Assembly: GCA_050123335.1 (NCBI GenBank)
Contig: JASFHH010000002.1
Coordinates: forward strand, 9,519-73,518
Reading direction: 5' to 3'
DNA from: Gammaproteobacteria bacterium
GTDB lineage: Bacteria > Pseudomonadota > Gammaproteobacteria > UBA12402
DNA: 64,000 bases
A model generated the notes under the pieces. That model had not been told where the DNA came from, did not search any database, and saw only the letters and a program-made list of their open reading frames with translations. The translations under genes and the position numbers were made by a program. Shown piece after piece: positions 1 to 10,329 of this stretch (position 1 is the first letter of the stretch; each line of letters opens with the position of its first letter).

Positions 1-223
1 GCGTAATGAGAGTGTTAGCAAACCGCCGCTAGTGACTAAAAAAATTACTATTTGAGCGTAAAATGGACAAAATTTTGTGAAATTTATATAGCATCTTATT
101 ATTTGGTTGATATACTAGGAACGGGGTGATTATATTAACTTTGTGTGATGAATAATAAAAAGACAGGCAAAAAAATATAGTTAAGAAAATTAAGATAAAT
201 GTTAATGATAGCGGAGGTGCGTC

Positions 224-583
224 ATGTCTTTTCAAATACTTATCGGAGTTTTTAAAAAACGTCAAATTGCTGATAAAGTACAAGAGGAAATTGAGCGCGG
301 CATAAAAACCGGGTTTACTAAAAAACATTTTTTTAATTATGACTTTAGTGATGATTTTAATATTAATTCTGACGATGAATTTGAGGGAAAAATAGAAGTG
401 TTAATTCGTAATGAAACTGAAGTAATACTCGAAGGCAAAGAAGAAAAGGTTAAAGATTTTTTTAATAAACATAAAAATTCAATATGTAAAATTGTAAAAG
501 ATTATCAACAAAAAAATGACAACAATGAATTTCAAAATGAAAACGATGAATATGAAACTGTAATTATACCACATTTTAAGTAA
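224..583 (+). CDS. hypothetical small acidic protein (119 aa)
   Basis: ORF with a GGAGGTG Shine-Dalgarno 6 nt upstream of the ATG. The protein is acidic and Lys/Glu/Asn-rich; no recognisable motif. Confidence 0.35.
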   Translation: MSFQILIGVFKKRQIADKVQEEIERGIKTGFTKKHFFNYDFSDDFNINSDDEFEGKIEVLIRNETEVILEGKEEKVKDFFNKHKNSICKIVKDYQQKNDNNEFQNENDEYETVIIPHFK

Positions 584-596
584 ACGTTAAGTTTTT

Positions 597-2594
597 ATGT
601 CTAAACAAACAATTCTGAAAATTGCGGTTCCAACACCATTGCGTCGGGTGTTTGATTATTTGTTGCCAAATAAAATCGATGCTACGAATTTGCAACCAGG
701 AATGCGAGTTAAGATTCCATTTGGCACGCGTGAGGTTGTTGGGATTTTATTAGGTATCGCAGATTCAAGTAAAATTCCTGCGGATAAATTAAAACCTATA
801 AAAGAAGTTTTGGATGTTGAGCCAGTTTTTTCAGATACAATGTTAAATTTATGTAAATGGGCAAGTGGTTATTATCATTATCCAATCGGTGAGGTTTTAT
901 CTGCGGCTTTGCCTAAGTTATTGCGTCAAGGTAAAAAAGTTGAATTAAAGCAAAATATTATTGCAAAAAATTCCTCATCAGAAAAATTAATTTTAAATTC
1001 AGCGCAGCAATTTGCAGTGGACAAAGTTTTAAAATATCAAGATAAGTTTCAAGCCTTTTTATTATATGGTGTTACTGGTAGTGGTAAAACAGAAGTATAT
1101 TTGCATGTTTTAGAAAAAATATTATCCCTTGGCAAGCAGGCGTTGATTTTGGTTCCAGAAATTGCATTAACTCCACAAACGGTGCGGCGTTTTACCGAGC
1201 GGTTTAATGTTCCAGTGGTTAGTTTGCATTCTAGCTTGAGTGATCGTAAGCGGTTAGATGCTTGGGTTTTAGCACGCACAGGTGTTGCTAAAATTGTTAT
1301 TGGCACACGTTCATCTGTTTTTACACAGTTTAATAATTTAGGTATTATTATTATCGATGAAGAACATGATTTATCTTTCAAGCAGCAAAAGGGGTTTCGT
1401 TATTCAGCCAGAGATTTGGCGGTGATTCGTGCAAATCAGCAAAAAATTCCGATAATTTTAGGTTCAGCTACACCATCATTGGAAACATTGCATAATGTAA
1501 ACATAAAACGTTATCAGCGTCTTGATTTACCGGAGCGAGCAGGTAGTGCAATTCATCCACGATATAAAATAATTGATCTAAGAGATCAGCGTTTATTGCA
1601 TGGCATGTCAAAAAAATTATTAGCAACGGTTCGTGAACATTTAGATAATGATAATCAGGTAATGATTTTTTTAAATCGCAGAGGATATGCGCCGATTTTA
1701 ATGTGTCATAAATGTGGTTGGATTGCAAAATGCAAAAATTGTGATGCAAATATGACATTACATTCACAACCAGTTTATTTGCATTGTCATCATTGTGATC
1801 GTAGACAGCCTATATTTCGTGAGTGTCCGGCGTGTGCTGGTAAATCATTATTTAATGTTGGTATTGGTACCGAACAATTGGAGTTAGTTTTAGGTAAATA
1901 TTTTTTTGATGTGGAAGTGGTGCGTATTGATCGTGATACCACGCGTAAAAAAGGTGAATTAAATAAAATTTTAAATAATGTCAGGAATGGCAAAAAACAG
2001 ATTTTAGTTGGTACGCAAATGATTGCTAAAGGACATCATTTTCCTAATGTAACTTTAGTTGGAATTATAAATGTGGATAACGGTTTTTTTAGCGCGGATT
2101 TTCGTACTACCGAACGCATTGGGCAATTATTAATTCAGGTGGCAGGCCGTGCTGGCAGAGCAGAAAAACCAGGTGAAGTATTGATTCAAACTCATCATCC
2201 GGAAAATCCTTTGTTATTTCAATTGATTAATGCTGGTTATCAAGGGTTTTCGCAAGCAGCATTGCAAGAGAGAAATGATAGTCAAATGCCACCGTATTCT
2301 TATTTTGTTTTGATTAGGGCGCAAGCTCTTCAGGAAGACATTATGATGCAGTTTTTAGATGTGGTTAAAGAAACTGCAAGCTCGTTTGTGACTGACAAAG
2401 TGATGTTGCTTGGTCCAATTCCATCTCCGATGTTGCGACGTAATAGATATTATCGTGGGCAATTGTTATTACAAGCTCTTGAGCGTAGCGATTTACAGCA
2501 AATCATGAATAAATTGACACCACAAATTGAACAATTAAAATTGGCAAATAAAGTGAGGTGGTCGGTTGATGTTGATCCGTTAGAGATGTTTTAA
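597..2594 (+). CDS. priA: primosomal protein N' (replication restart helicase PriA)
   Basis: Walker A motif GVTGSGKTEVY and DEEH helicase motif. Cys-rich zinc-binding cluster (CHKCGW...CKNCD...HCHHCD...CPACAG). Length 665 aa is typical of PriA. Confidence 0.9.
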   Translation: MSKQTILKIAVPTPLRRVFDYLLPNKIDATNLQPGMRVKIPFGTREVVGILLGIADSSKIPADKLKPIKEVLDVEPVFSDTMLNLCKWASGYYHYPIGEVLSAALPKLLRQGKKVELKQNIIAKNSSSEKLILNSAQQFAVDKVLKYQDKFQAFLLYGVTGSGKTEVYLHVLEKILSLGKQALILVPEIALTPQTVRRFTERFNVPVVSLHSSLSDRKRLDAWVLARTGVAKIVIGTRSSVFTQFNNLGIIIIDEEHDLSFKQQKGFRYSARDLAVIRANQQKIPIILGSATPSLETLHNVNIKRYQRLDLPERAGSAIHPRYKIIDLRDQRLLHGMSKKLLATVREHLDNDNQVMIFLNRRGYAPILMCHKCGWIAKCKNCDANMTLHSQPVYLHCHHCDRRQPIFRECPACAGKSLFNVGIGTEQLELVLGKYFFDVEVVRIDRDTTRKKGELNKILNNVRNGKKQILVGTQMIAKGHHFPNVTLVGIINVDNGFFSADFRTTERIGQLLIQVAGRAGRAEKPGEVLIQTHHPENPLLFQLINAGYQGFSQAALQERNDSQMPPYSYFVLIRAQALQEDIMMQFLDVVKETASSFVTDKVMLLGPIPSPMLRRNRYYRGQLLLQALERSDLQQIMNKLTPQIEQLKLANKVRWSVDVDPLEMF

Positions 2595-4630
2595 TGAACG
2601 TATTACTAAAAAAATACAAATTTCCGCCGTTTGATAAAATTAAATATAAAGACATTGAGCCGGCATTAGATAAAATTTTAACTGATAATCGCGCGCAATT
2701 AGCGGAACTTTTAGAAAGTAAAAAATTTACTTGGAAAAATTTGATTGTGCCTATAGAGGAAATGGGTGATTGTTTAAATAAGATGTGGTCGCCAATCAGT
2801 CATCTAAATAGTGTAATGGATTCAACAGAGTTGCGAGCAATTTATAATCGCTGCTTGCCGAAGTTAGTAAAATATCATACCGAGATTAGTCATAATACCA
2901 AACTATATAACGCGGTAAAATCAATTGCGAAAAGTAAATCTTTTAGAAAACTTAACAAAATTCAGCGCAGAATTATTAAACATGAAGTTCGTGATTTTAA
3001 GTTAGCAGGTGTGGCTTTAAATAAAAAAGATAAAGAAAAATTTGCTGTTTTGCAACAGCAATTAGCAAATTTGACTACTAAGTTTTCTGAAAATGTAATG
3101 GATGCAACCAGATCCTGGTATAGTCATGTTACCAATAAAAAACAGTTGTCTGGTTTGCCTCAGCGTATTATTACGGTAGCGAAAAATGAAGCGAAAAACA
3201 GGAAGGTGCAAGGCTGGGTGTTGACTTTGGATTTTCCTGTTTATTATGCAGTAATGACTTATGCAGATAATCGTGCGTTGCGTAAAAAAATGTATCATGC
3301 TTATGTTACACGCGCTTCAGATCAAAAACCTAGTAAGAAAAAATTTGATAATTCTAAAATCATGCAGGAAATTTTGCAAATTAGGCTGAAGCTTTCTGCG
3401 TTGCTTGGATTTAAAAATTTTGCGCAATATTCGATTGCGACCAAAATGGCAGAAAACACTAAACAAGTCATGGTTTTTTTAACTGAATTAGCAGAGCGCA
3501 CGTTTCCGTATGCAAGAAAAGAAATGCAGCAGCTAAAGAAATTTGCGCGTGATAAGTATAAAATCAAAAAACTGGAAGCTTGGGATATTTCTTATTATAG
3601 CGAAAAATTACGCAAACAAGATTACGCAATTACTCAGGAAGAGCTACGTCCATATTTTGTTGAAGAAAATGTATTGCAAGGTTTGTTTATTATCGTGGAA
3701 AAATTATTTAATTTTAAAATTAGATTACGTAAAAATAAAAATATTTGGCATAAAGATATTAAATATTATGAAATCGTTAACAATAATCAAACAATCGCAG
3801 GATTTTATGTGGATCTATATGTCAGAGCGCACAAACGTAGCGGTGCCTGGATGGATGAATGTCGAGTAAGAAGAAAATTATCAAATAAAAAAATTCAATT
3901 ACCAATAGCATATTTAACTTGCAATTTTAGTAAGCCTTCAAAAAACAAACCGTCGTTGCTTACTCATGATGAAGTTATAACTTTGTTTCATGAGTTTGGC
4001 CACTGTTTGCAGCATTTGTTAACTAAGATTGATTATCCGGAAGTTTCGGGAATTAATGGTGTTGAGTGGGATGCGGTAGAGCTTGCCAGTCAATTTATGG
4101 AAAATTTCGCTTGGCAAAAAGAGGGTTTAGACTTGATTGCTAAACATTATAAAACCCACAAGAAGTTGCCGCAAAAATTATATCAAAAATTAATTGCCAG
4201 CAAAAATTTTCATGCGGCGATGCAAATGGTGCGCCAATTAGAATTTGCTTTATTTGATTTTCGTCTTCATCAGGAATTTAATCCGAAAAAGAAAGATCAA
4301 ATCCAAACGATTTTAAATCAAGTTAGAAAAAAGATAAGTGTCATACCAACACCAGCATTTAACCGTTTTCAGCAGAGTTTTTCACATATTTTTGCTGGTG
4401 GTTATGCCGCAGGTTATTACAGCTATAAATGGGCGGAAGTTTTATCTGCTGATGCGTTTGCTAAATTCGAGGAAACGGGGGTTTTTAATCGCAAAACTGG
4501 ACGTGAATTTTTGACTTGTATTTTGGAAAGAGGCGGTTCAGAAGATGCTATGGAATTATTTAAGAAGTTTCGTGGCAGAAAACCAAAAATCGATGCTTTG
4601 TTGAAATCATGTGGTTTGATTCAAAATTAA
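2594..4630 (+). CDS. prlC: M3 family zinc metallopeptidase (oligopeptidase A / Dcp-like)
   Basis: HEFGHCLQH zinc-binding HExxH motif in a ~680-aa protein, the typical size for OpdA/Dcp. The ATG overlaps the priA stop (ATGA). Confidence 0.85.
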   Translation: MNVLLKKYKFPPFDKIKYKDIEPALDKILTDNRAQLAELLESKKFTWKNLIVPIEEMGDCLNKMWSPISHLNSVMDSTELRAIYNRCLPKLVKYHTEISHNTKLYNAVKSIAKSKSFRKLNKIQRRIIKHEVRDFKLAGVALNKKDKEKFAVLQQQLANLTTKFSENVMDATRSWYSHVTNKKQLSGLPQRIITVAKNEAKNRKVQGWVLTLDFPVYYAVMTYADNRALRKKMYHAYVTRASDQKPSKKKFDNSKIMQEILQIRLKLSALLGFKNFAQYSIATKMAENTKQVMVFLTELAERTFPYARKEMQQLKKFARDKYKIKKLEAWDISYYSEKLRKQDYAITQEELRPYFVEENVLQGLFIIVEKLFNFKIRLRKNKNIWHKDIKYYEIVNNNQTIAGFYVDLYVRAHKRSGAWMDECRVRRKLSNKKIQLPIAYLTCNFSKPSKNKPSLLTHDEVITLFHEFGHCLQHLLTKIDYPEVSGINGVEWDAVELASQFMENFAWQKEGLDLIAKHYKTHKKLPQKLYQKLIASKNFHAAMQMVRQLEFALFDFRLHQEFNPKKKDQIQTILNQVRKKISVIPTPAFNRFQQSFSHIFAGGYAAGYYSYKWAEVLSADAFAKFEETGVFNRKTGREFLTCILERGGSEDAMELFKKFRGRKPKIDALLKSCGLIQN

Positions 4631-4687
4631 CTAAAATTATAGAAAATACATCAATAAAAAAAGAATTTTATCAATTGCATTGCTGAT

Positions 4688-5932
4688 CTAAATTTTTGGG
4701 GTCATTATAGGTTTATCAGATGTTCGGATAATGATGTCGTTGAGTTTTTTTGTTTTAGTCAGCGAAAGCATTTTTTTTCGTGAGAGTATAGTTTCTTTTT
4801 GTGAAAACTCATGTATAAAATTAGTTATTTTTCTCATGTATATTTTATGTTTTTTATAACAACTAAAGTTATACATAGAGCCATCCTCGTATATAACAAT
4901 AATTTTTGGTGGATTTGTGATATTACACCCAACCATATGATAAGCATTTTGATATACAGCAATTTTTATAATTTTTTGGTCAGGAAATTTATTATTCTTG
5001 TTATTAGAATAATAGGTAATCTTTTTTAGTTTCTTATTTTTCTGTAAAGCAAAAAATTTTTTGTCACTAAATATGTAAATTGATTTACCAAAATAGTCCA
5101 TAAATAAGTATTCTACATTGATTTGATTATTAGGGATATTTTTTAAATATAGTTTGCCTTCTATTAATTCTAAAAAGTTTTTTAGATCCCATGGCCCAAT
5201 AACCGATTTTTTCCCTAGGTAAATCCAGCCATTTCTTAGAGTTTTAAAAAAAGTCATGTTACGATATTTGACAATATCTATTATTTTGTATTTACTTAAT
5301 TGTTCTAGTTCTTTAAATGACACTGTGCCTTTTTGGATGAATCTTATCATTTGATAAACTTTGGTTTTGTGACTATTTATTTCTTCAATAAAATACATAG
5401 AATTATGGGTTTTTATAACGTTATATGGGTTTTTAAAACATATTTTTGATTCAGTCTCGAACATAACCTTCACGAATTTGTGATTTTTTTTGATGTCACA
5501 AAAAACCATGCTTGTATTTTTAGCTTGCAGCACAATAAAGTTATTATTCGCCTTAATATTTGTGATTTTTATTTTTTTGCTTATGCCTTTTAGAAGTTCA
5601 GGGTTTGAGCATTCGTGTATATATTGATCACCAAAAGACCCTTCAGAATTAAAATAATCTGTACCTAAAGAACCCATGATATATATCTCATTTTTATCAG
5701 TTAGGAATAAACTGCCATAATGAGAGACAGTGGCAACGTCGATAATGTTAAATTTAGATAAGTTTGCTATCGGAATGGGTCTGCTTATTAATGTTTCTTT
5801 GCTAAAGCCCAGTAATGGCATATGGTTATTACTAAATTGTTCAGTAGATTTTGCCGTGTAATAAACTTTTCCATCAGTACCTAGAAATAAAGTATGAAAG
5901 TACCCAATACTAATTTTTTTGATTTTAAACAT
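4688..5932 (-). CDS. hypothetical Lys/Asn-rich protein, possibly beta-propeller (RCC1-like) repeat, effector-like
   Basis: Very AT-rich 414-aa ORF. Recurring G-[ST]-D-G-x-[VI]-Y / LGTDYF-like segments are weakly reminiscent of RCC1 blades. No catalytic motif recognised. Confidence 0.4.
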   Translation of the reverse strand: MFKIKKISIGYFHTLFLGTDGKVYYTAKSTEQFSNNHMPLLGFSKETLISRPIPIANLSKFNIIDVATVSHYGSLFLTDKNEIYIMGSLGTDYFNSEGSFGDQYIHECSNPELLKGISKKIKITNIKANNNFIVLQAKNTSMVFCDIKKNHKFVKVMFETESKICFKNPYNVIKTHNSMYFIEEINSHKTKVYQMIRFIQKGTVSFKELEQLSKYKIIDIVKYRNMTFFKTLRNGWIYLGKKSVIGPWDLKNFLELIEGKLYLKNIPNNQINVEYLFMDYFGKSIYIFSDKKFFALQKNKKLKKITYYSNNKNNKFPDQKIIKIAVYQNAYHMVGCNITNPPKIIVIYEDGSMYNFSCYKKHKIYMRKITNFIHEFSQKETILSRKKMLSLTKTKKLNDIIIRTSDKPIMTPKI

Positions 5933-6141
5933 TGTGTAAGTTTGCCAAATGTCACGACTAATTTTATTTGATATTCACCATTTATCAGAAAATATCACTA
6001 TTTATTACAAATAATAGTAGTTAAATCTTAAGGTTTTATTAACAAAAGCAAAAAAACGAAAGAATTTTTTTGCTTTAATAAAAGAATCGCCATTACTGTT
6101 AGTATCTTCTAACGATCCGCAATCATCCGTTATAGTCAAAA

Positions 6142-6669
6142 TCAAGGCAAAAAGTTGTTTTTTAACTCAACATAACAATCAGCGCTATAGCGCAGTAATT
6201 GTTTTTCCTGTTCGGTTAGTTTGCGAATTTGTTTTGCAGGCGAACCCAAATATAAATAACCACTTTCTAGAGTTTTGTTCGATGGTACAAAGCTTGCAGC
6301 GCCTAAAATGACTTCGTCTTCAATAATTGTTCCGTCAAGGATAGTAGATCCCATGCCGATTAAACATAAATTGCCGATGGTGCAGCCATGCAAAATTACG
6401 TTGTGTCCCACTGTAGTATTTTCGCCAATAATTAACGGTCGTCCTCCGGGGTAAAATTCACAATCAGGGCTTGTGTGTAAAGTTGAGTTATCTTGAATAT
6501 TAGTGCGCTTACCGATCGAAATATAGTTAACATCACCGCGAAGTACCGCCATCGGCCAGATAGAGACATCTTCAGCAATCTCAACTTGTCCAATCACTTT
6601 GGCCATAGAGTCAACAAATGCAGTTTTAGCTATTTTAGGTGTGTGTTTTTGGTATTTGCAAATGTTCAT
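6142..6669 (-). CDS. gamma-class carbonic anhydrase / hexapeptide-repeat (LbH) family protein (YrdA/PaaY-like)
   Basis: Left-handed beta-helix hexapeptide repeats. Conserved histidines in the pattern ...NIQDNSTLH... and ...GHNVILHGC..., typical of the gamma-CA family. 175 aa. Confidence 0.8.
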   Translation of the reverse strand: MNICKYQKHTPKIAKTAFVDSMAKVIGQVEIAEDVSIWPMAVLRGDVNYISIGKRTNIQDNSTLHTSPDCEFYPGGRPLIIGENTTVGHNVILHGCTIGNLCLIGMGSTILDGTIIEDEVILGAASFVPSNKTLESGYLYLGSPAKQIRKLTEQEKQLLRYSADCYVELKNNFLP

Positions 6670-6744
6670 AGGGTATTAATTTAACATAAATTAGGATACT
6701 TGCAACCATCAATTCAGCGTGCGTGCTAACTTATAGAAGTAAAT

Positions 6745-8823
6745 TTATGTCTTTTTCATTTTGTTGCCAATTTTAGTCAGGTTTTTGTGAGTTTCTTTTA
6801 GAATATTTATTTCAGTAATGTTGTCACAATTACTAAATAGCAAGGAAATATTTGTGGTATTATTGTTTTTAATTTTTTTAAAATATTTATTTCGGTTACT
6901 TTTTCCAGGAATAGTGTTCAGAACTGTCCAATAGAGAAATACTTTATTTTGCATAAAATCAGTAAATAATTTTGGGTTGTTTTCTGATAAGGCACAAAAA
7001 TTGGCAATCATACTAAATGCATTTTTCCAGATATGATTGTTTAATTTCTTAGCAAAAGACAAATTTTCATTAGAAATTAATTTTTCAAATAATTGTAACT
7101 TATCTTTTGCTTGTTTGTGGTTATTATTTAACAATTTTTTCTCATTTAATAGGGCAATAACTTGATTTTTGGTTAACATTTTTGTGTCTATGCAATTGCA
7201 TAAAAATTGTGAATTAATTAAATCAGGTCTCTTTTTCAAAAAACTAAATACTTGCTTATTTGTCCATAAGTTTAATTTATATAGCTTTGATAATGATTCT
7301 AATTTTATCAGATTAATTTTGTATTTTATAATATTTTGCGCAATGGGTTTATTTATTATCCCCAGCTTAAATAATAGCAATATGGTATTGAAGTTTTTTA
7401 CATGTTCTTTGTTTTTCATTAATTTAGATACATATTGCCGGTGTTTTGTAATAAACAAAAAATTTAAGCATTTTTTTGCTTCTTTACAAGATGTTGATGT
7501 TAATAATTTAGATAAATCTTCTTTTCGTGTCTGGTCAAAAATATTTATTATGGTGTTGATAAAATTTTCCATATGTCGCGGTTTAAAATCTTTTACTGAT
7601 TTTAAATCTTTATTACAAATCTTTAAAATTTCAAAAATGTGTAGCTTTTTGTTTACAAGTTTTATTTTGGGAAGATGTAGCAAAACCTGACAAGATGTAG
7701 AAACGTTATTGCTTTTGTTAAGCATTTTGTCTAAAGACAAATTTTTGATTAACATTTGATAAAAATTTTCATTTGCCAAGCATTTACAAATTATTTTTAT
7801 TTTTTCTTGCTCCGATTCTTTTGAGTTAATGTGTTTCAAAAAAATATCTAATAGAATTTTCTTAACATTTTGTAATTTTTTTATTTTTATGACTTTTAAA
7901 ACATCATCGAGAACACCATTGTGCAGCACTTTCTTTTTTTCTAATAATTTAGAAATTTCATTATGAGCTTTTAATTCCAGCAAAAATTCAATTTTACTAG
8001 CTAAATCCAGATTTTTATCATTTAAAATCTTTTGTTTAAAATCAACTTCACTGTATGCAACCGTTATTTCAGATGGTTTTTTGTGGTTTTTATTGTTAAT
8101 AGTTTGCTGCAAACATTTTATCATTTTACTGAAATAAGAATTTTTGTCCTGTTTGGCTTTTGTTATTATATTTGAAATATTTTTAATGTCTCCAAAACAG
8201 CATAAAGCCAACAATTTTTCAGCTTGTCCATAAGTTAATTCATCATTAGGATTACCAAAGATTTTTTGTGTCTCTTCTTTAGTAAAATTGGGCCATTTGT
8301 TTATTTGAACAGTTTTATAAAAAATTCCGTTTTTGATCTTAATGGTAAAAACAACATTAAAGTCGCTTTGGTCAAGCTTTTTCATTCCATCATCTTGTAA
8401 TTCTTTAAGTAAAATCTTTAGCCGCATCGTATGCGTTACACAATTATTTGATTGCTCAGATAAAAAATTCTGAATAGAGTGAGAATCAATATCAAAAAAT
8501 TCTAAATTAAATGCATTGAATTTTGTGCTCTTTTGGTTTAAAACTTTATTGATATTAATTATGAACTTTGTGATACCGCTATAATTCTTTTGTTGTAAAT
8601 GTGTTATAAAAAGACGGGCAAATTGCAATCCTAACTGATTTTCAAATACTTTATACTTTTCATAAAATGGCTTTTTTCTTGATAAAAGATAGCCGTTAAT
8701 AATATTTGTTGAGCGTAAAAGGTCTAATTGTACTTGTGAGAGTTTTGTATCTTTGTTTCCGTAGGAAGTATAGCTTATATAGAAATTCAGAAGTTCTTTT
8801 AAGGTTATGTATTTACTCAACAT
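6745..8823 (-). CDS. large hypothetical Lys/Asn/Leu-rich protein, effector-like
   Basis: 692-aa ORF with very low GC and no recognisable enzymatic motif. Composition resembles Legionellales translocated effectors. Confidence 0.45.
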   Translation of the reverse strand: MLSKYITLKELLNFYISYTSYGNKDTKLSQVQLDLLRSTNIINGYLLSRKKPFYEKYKVFENQLGLQFARLFITHLQQKNYSGITKFIININKVLNQKSTKFNAFNLEFFDIDSHSIQNFLSEQSNNCVTHTMRLKILLKELQDDGMKKLDQSDFNVVFTIKIKNGIFYKTVQINKWPNFTKEETQKIFGNPNDELTYGQAEKLLALCCFGDIKNISNIITKAKQDKNSYFSKMIKCLQQTINNKNHKKPSEITVAYSEVDFKQKILNDKNLDLASKIEFLLELKAHNEISKLLEKKKVLHNGVLDDVLKVIKIKKLQNVKKILLDIFLKHINSKESEQEKIKIICKCLANENFYQMLIKNLSLDKMLNKSNNVSTSCQVLLHLPKIKLVNKKLHIFEILKICNKDLKSVKDFKPRHMENFINTIINIFDQTRKEDLSKLLTSTSCKEAKKCLNFLFITKHRQYVSKLMKNKEHVKNFNTILLLFKLGIINKPIAQNIIKYKINLIKLESLSKLYKLNLWTNKQVFSFLKKRPDLINSQFLCNCIDTKMLTKNQVIALLNEKKLLNNNHKQAKDKLQLFEKLISNENLSFAKKLNNHIWKNAFSMIANFCALSENNPKLFTDFMQNKVFLYWTVLNTIPGKSNRNKYFKKIKNNNTTNISLLFSNCDNITEINILKETHKNLTKIGNKMKKT

Positions 8824-9107
8824 ATTTTTACCGCCTGATATTATTATTTACAGGTAGTATAGTACGCAAAAAGACATTTCGCTGATGATCAGGGCGCTTC
8901 GACTTTAACTATTTGATAAATTGTGTGTTTTACTGTTTGTGGCAGATTTTGATCAAGAATCGGGGCGAATTTTAAAGTTACAATTTCGTGCAAAAAAATG
9001 CATGTTTTATGTGATTTCCTATAGATTTTATAGTAAAATGCTTACATAAATGATCAGGTATGTCTTGTTGATCAGTTATACAAGAGAATAGAAGGGAGGG
9101 TATAATA

Positions 9108-9296
9108 ATGGCTACAATAACGAAAGAGACAAATTTGCGAATCGGATTGGTTGGTTGTGCCGCCTTTTTTCAACATCACCGCGAAGAAGCGGAGTTTTTA
9201 GTGTCTAATCCTAATCTTCAGAAAAAGCTTGATGCTAGTGAACCGTTAAAAGGGGATCAAGAGATAGATCTGAATGAGATTAATTATTTCAGGTAA
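9108..9296 (+). CDS. small hypothetical protein (62 aa)
   Basis: Strong RBS (GAAGGGAGGG) upstream of the ATG. No homology recognisable. Confidence 0.25.
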   Translation: MATITKETNLRIGLVGCAAFFQHHREEAEFLVSNPNLQKKLDASEPLKGDQEIDLNEINYFR

Positions 9297-9492
9297 GCTA
9301 TAATTTTTTTGCTACAGTTGCGGTACCAGTATCGTTTTTATCAATAAGGTTGAAAGGGCGTAAATGCGCTTTAAAAATAACCGCAAGAATTGCTAAAATC
9401 ACAAATACAAAAATCAATATTCCTAGTATAAATTTATTGCTTGTTTTCACATGAGTTCCTTAATAAAATTAACTCCCTATAAGGAACAGCAT

Positions 9493-10206
9493 ATGACAAA
9501 ACCAATATTATTTCAAGTTGGCACTATTGCTTCATTGTTGCAAGGAGTGCACATTGGTGAGGTAGATATTGCAACTTTAAAGCAATATGGTGATTTTGGT
9601 ATCGGAACTTTTCATGCGGTAGATGGTGAGTTAATTGTAATTGATGGTGATTTTTATCGTATTGCAGGTCACGGAGAAGTAACAAAAGTTGAGTTGACTA
9701 AAAAGACTCCATTTGCATTGGTTACTTCTTTTCAAGTAGAACAAACTTTTACGCTAACAGATATTGCAGATGTTACGAAGCTTGAAGACTCAATCAGCCA
9801 GCAGTTTGCAAGTAAAAATTATATTTATGCGGTTCGCATTGATGGTGAATTTTTTAATATGCAGGTACGTAGTCTAAAAGCGCAACCGCAACCGTTTCGT
9901 CCGTTAGCGGAAGTTTTACCAGAAATCCAAATGATATTTGATTTAGGAACTACACAAGGAACCATAGTGGATTTTTATTTTCCTGAGTATATGAGCGATA
10001 TTAATTTGACAGGTCATCATATGCATTATTTGAATGCGGAAAAAACTGCAGGAGGGCATGTATTTGCTGCAGGCGTGAAACAAGCTACAGTCAGCGTTTG
10101 TCGCATGCAAGAGTTTATATTGCATTTTCCTATGAATAAAGATTTTGCTGCGGCTGATTTGGCGGTGAAAAAAGCTGAGCTTGAGGAAGCTGAGAAGGCA
10201 AAATAG
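9493..10206 (+). CDS. budA: alpha-acetolactate decarboxylase
   Basis: N-terminal signature ...LFQVGTIASLLQGVHIGE...YGDFGIGTFHAVDGELIVIDGDFYRI... matches the ALDC family. The start is chosen at the ATG preceded by AAGGAACAG; the ORF track begins 42 nt earlier at 9451. Confidence 0.8.
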   Translation: MTKPILFQVGTIASLLQGVHIGEVDIATLKQYGDFGIGTFHAVDGELIVIDGDFYRIAGHGEVTKVELTKKTPFALVTSFQVEQTFTLTDIADVTKLEDSISQQFASKNYIYAVRIDGEFFNMQVRSLKAQPQPFRPLAEVLPEIQMIFDLGTTQGTIVDFYFPEYMSDINLTGHHMHYLNAEKTAGGHVFAAGVKQATVSVCRMQEFILHFPMNKDFAAADLAVKKAELEEAEKAK

Positions 10207-10329
10207 AGCTGCGGGTTTTTACTGGCGTAGAAAAATCTGTAGATCTTTTATAGGTTTTTTGCTACAGTGAACGTTCATTCATTTCAACACTTATTTTTCG
10301 AAAGTTAATCATTTTTTGAGGGTAATAAT

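Noticed and set aside
29-328. 99-aa minus-strand ORF at the window start
   Set aside because: It is hydrophobic and low-complexity, overlaps the RBS-supported plus-strand ORF at 224-583, and is likely an AT-rich-DNA artefact.
7169-7690. 173-aa plus-strand ORF inside the 692-aa minus-strand gene
   Set aside because: It is an antisense, low-complexity hydrophobic artefact of AT-rich sequence.
10207-10329. Possible LexA/SOS box upstream of recA (palindrome TGAACGTTCA)
   Set aside because: It does not match the gammaproteobacterial CTGT-N8-ACAG box, many Legionellales lack LexA, and the palindrome is too short to call a regulatory site.
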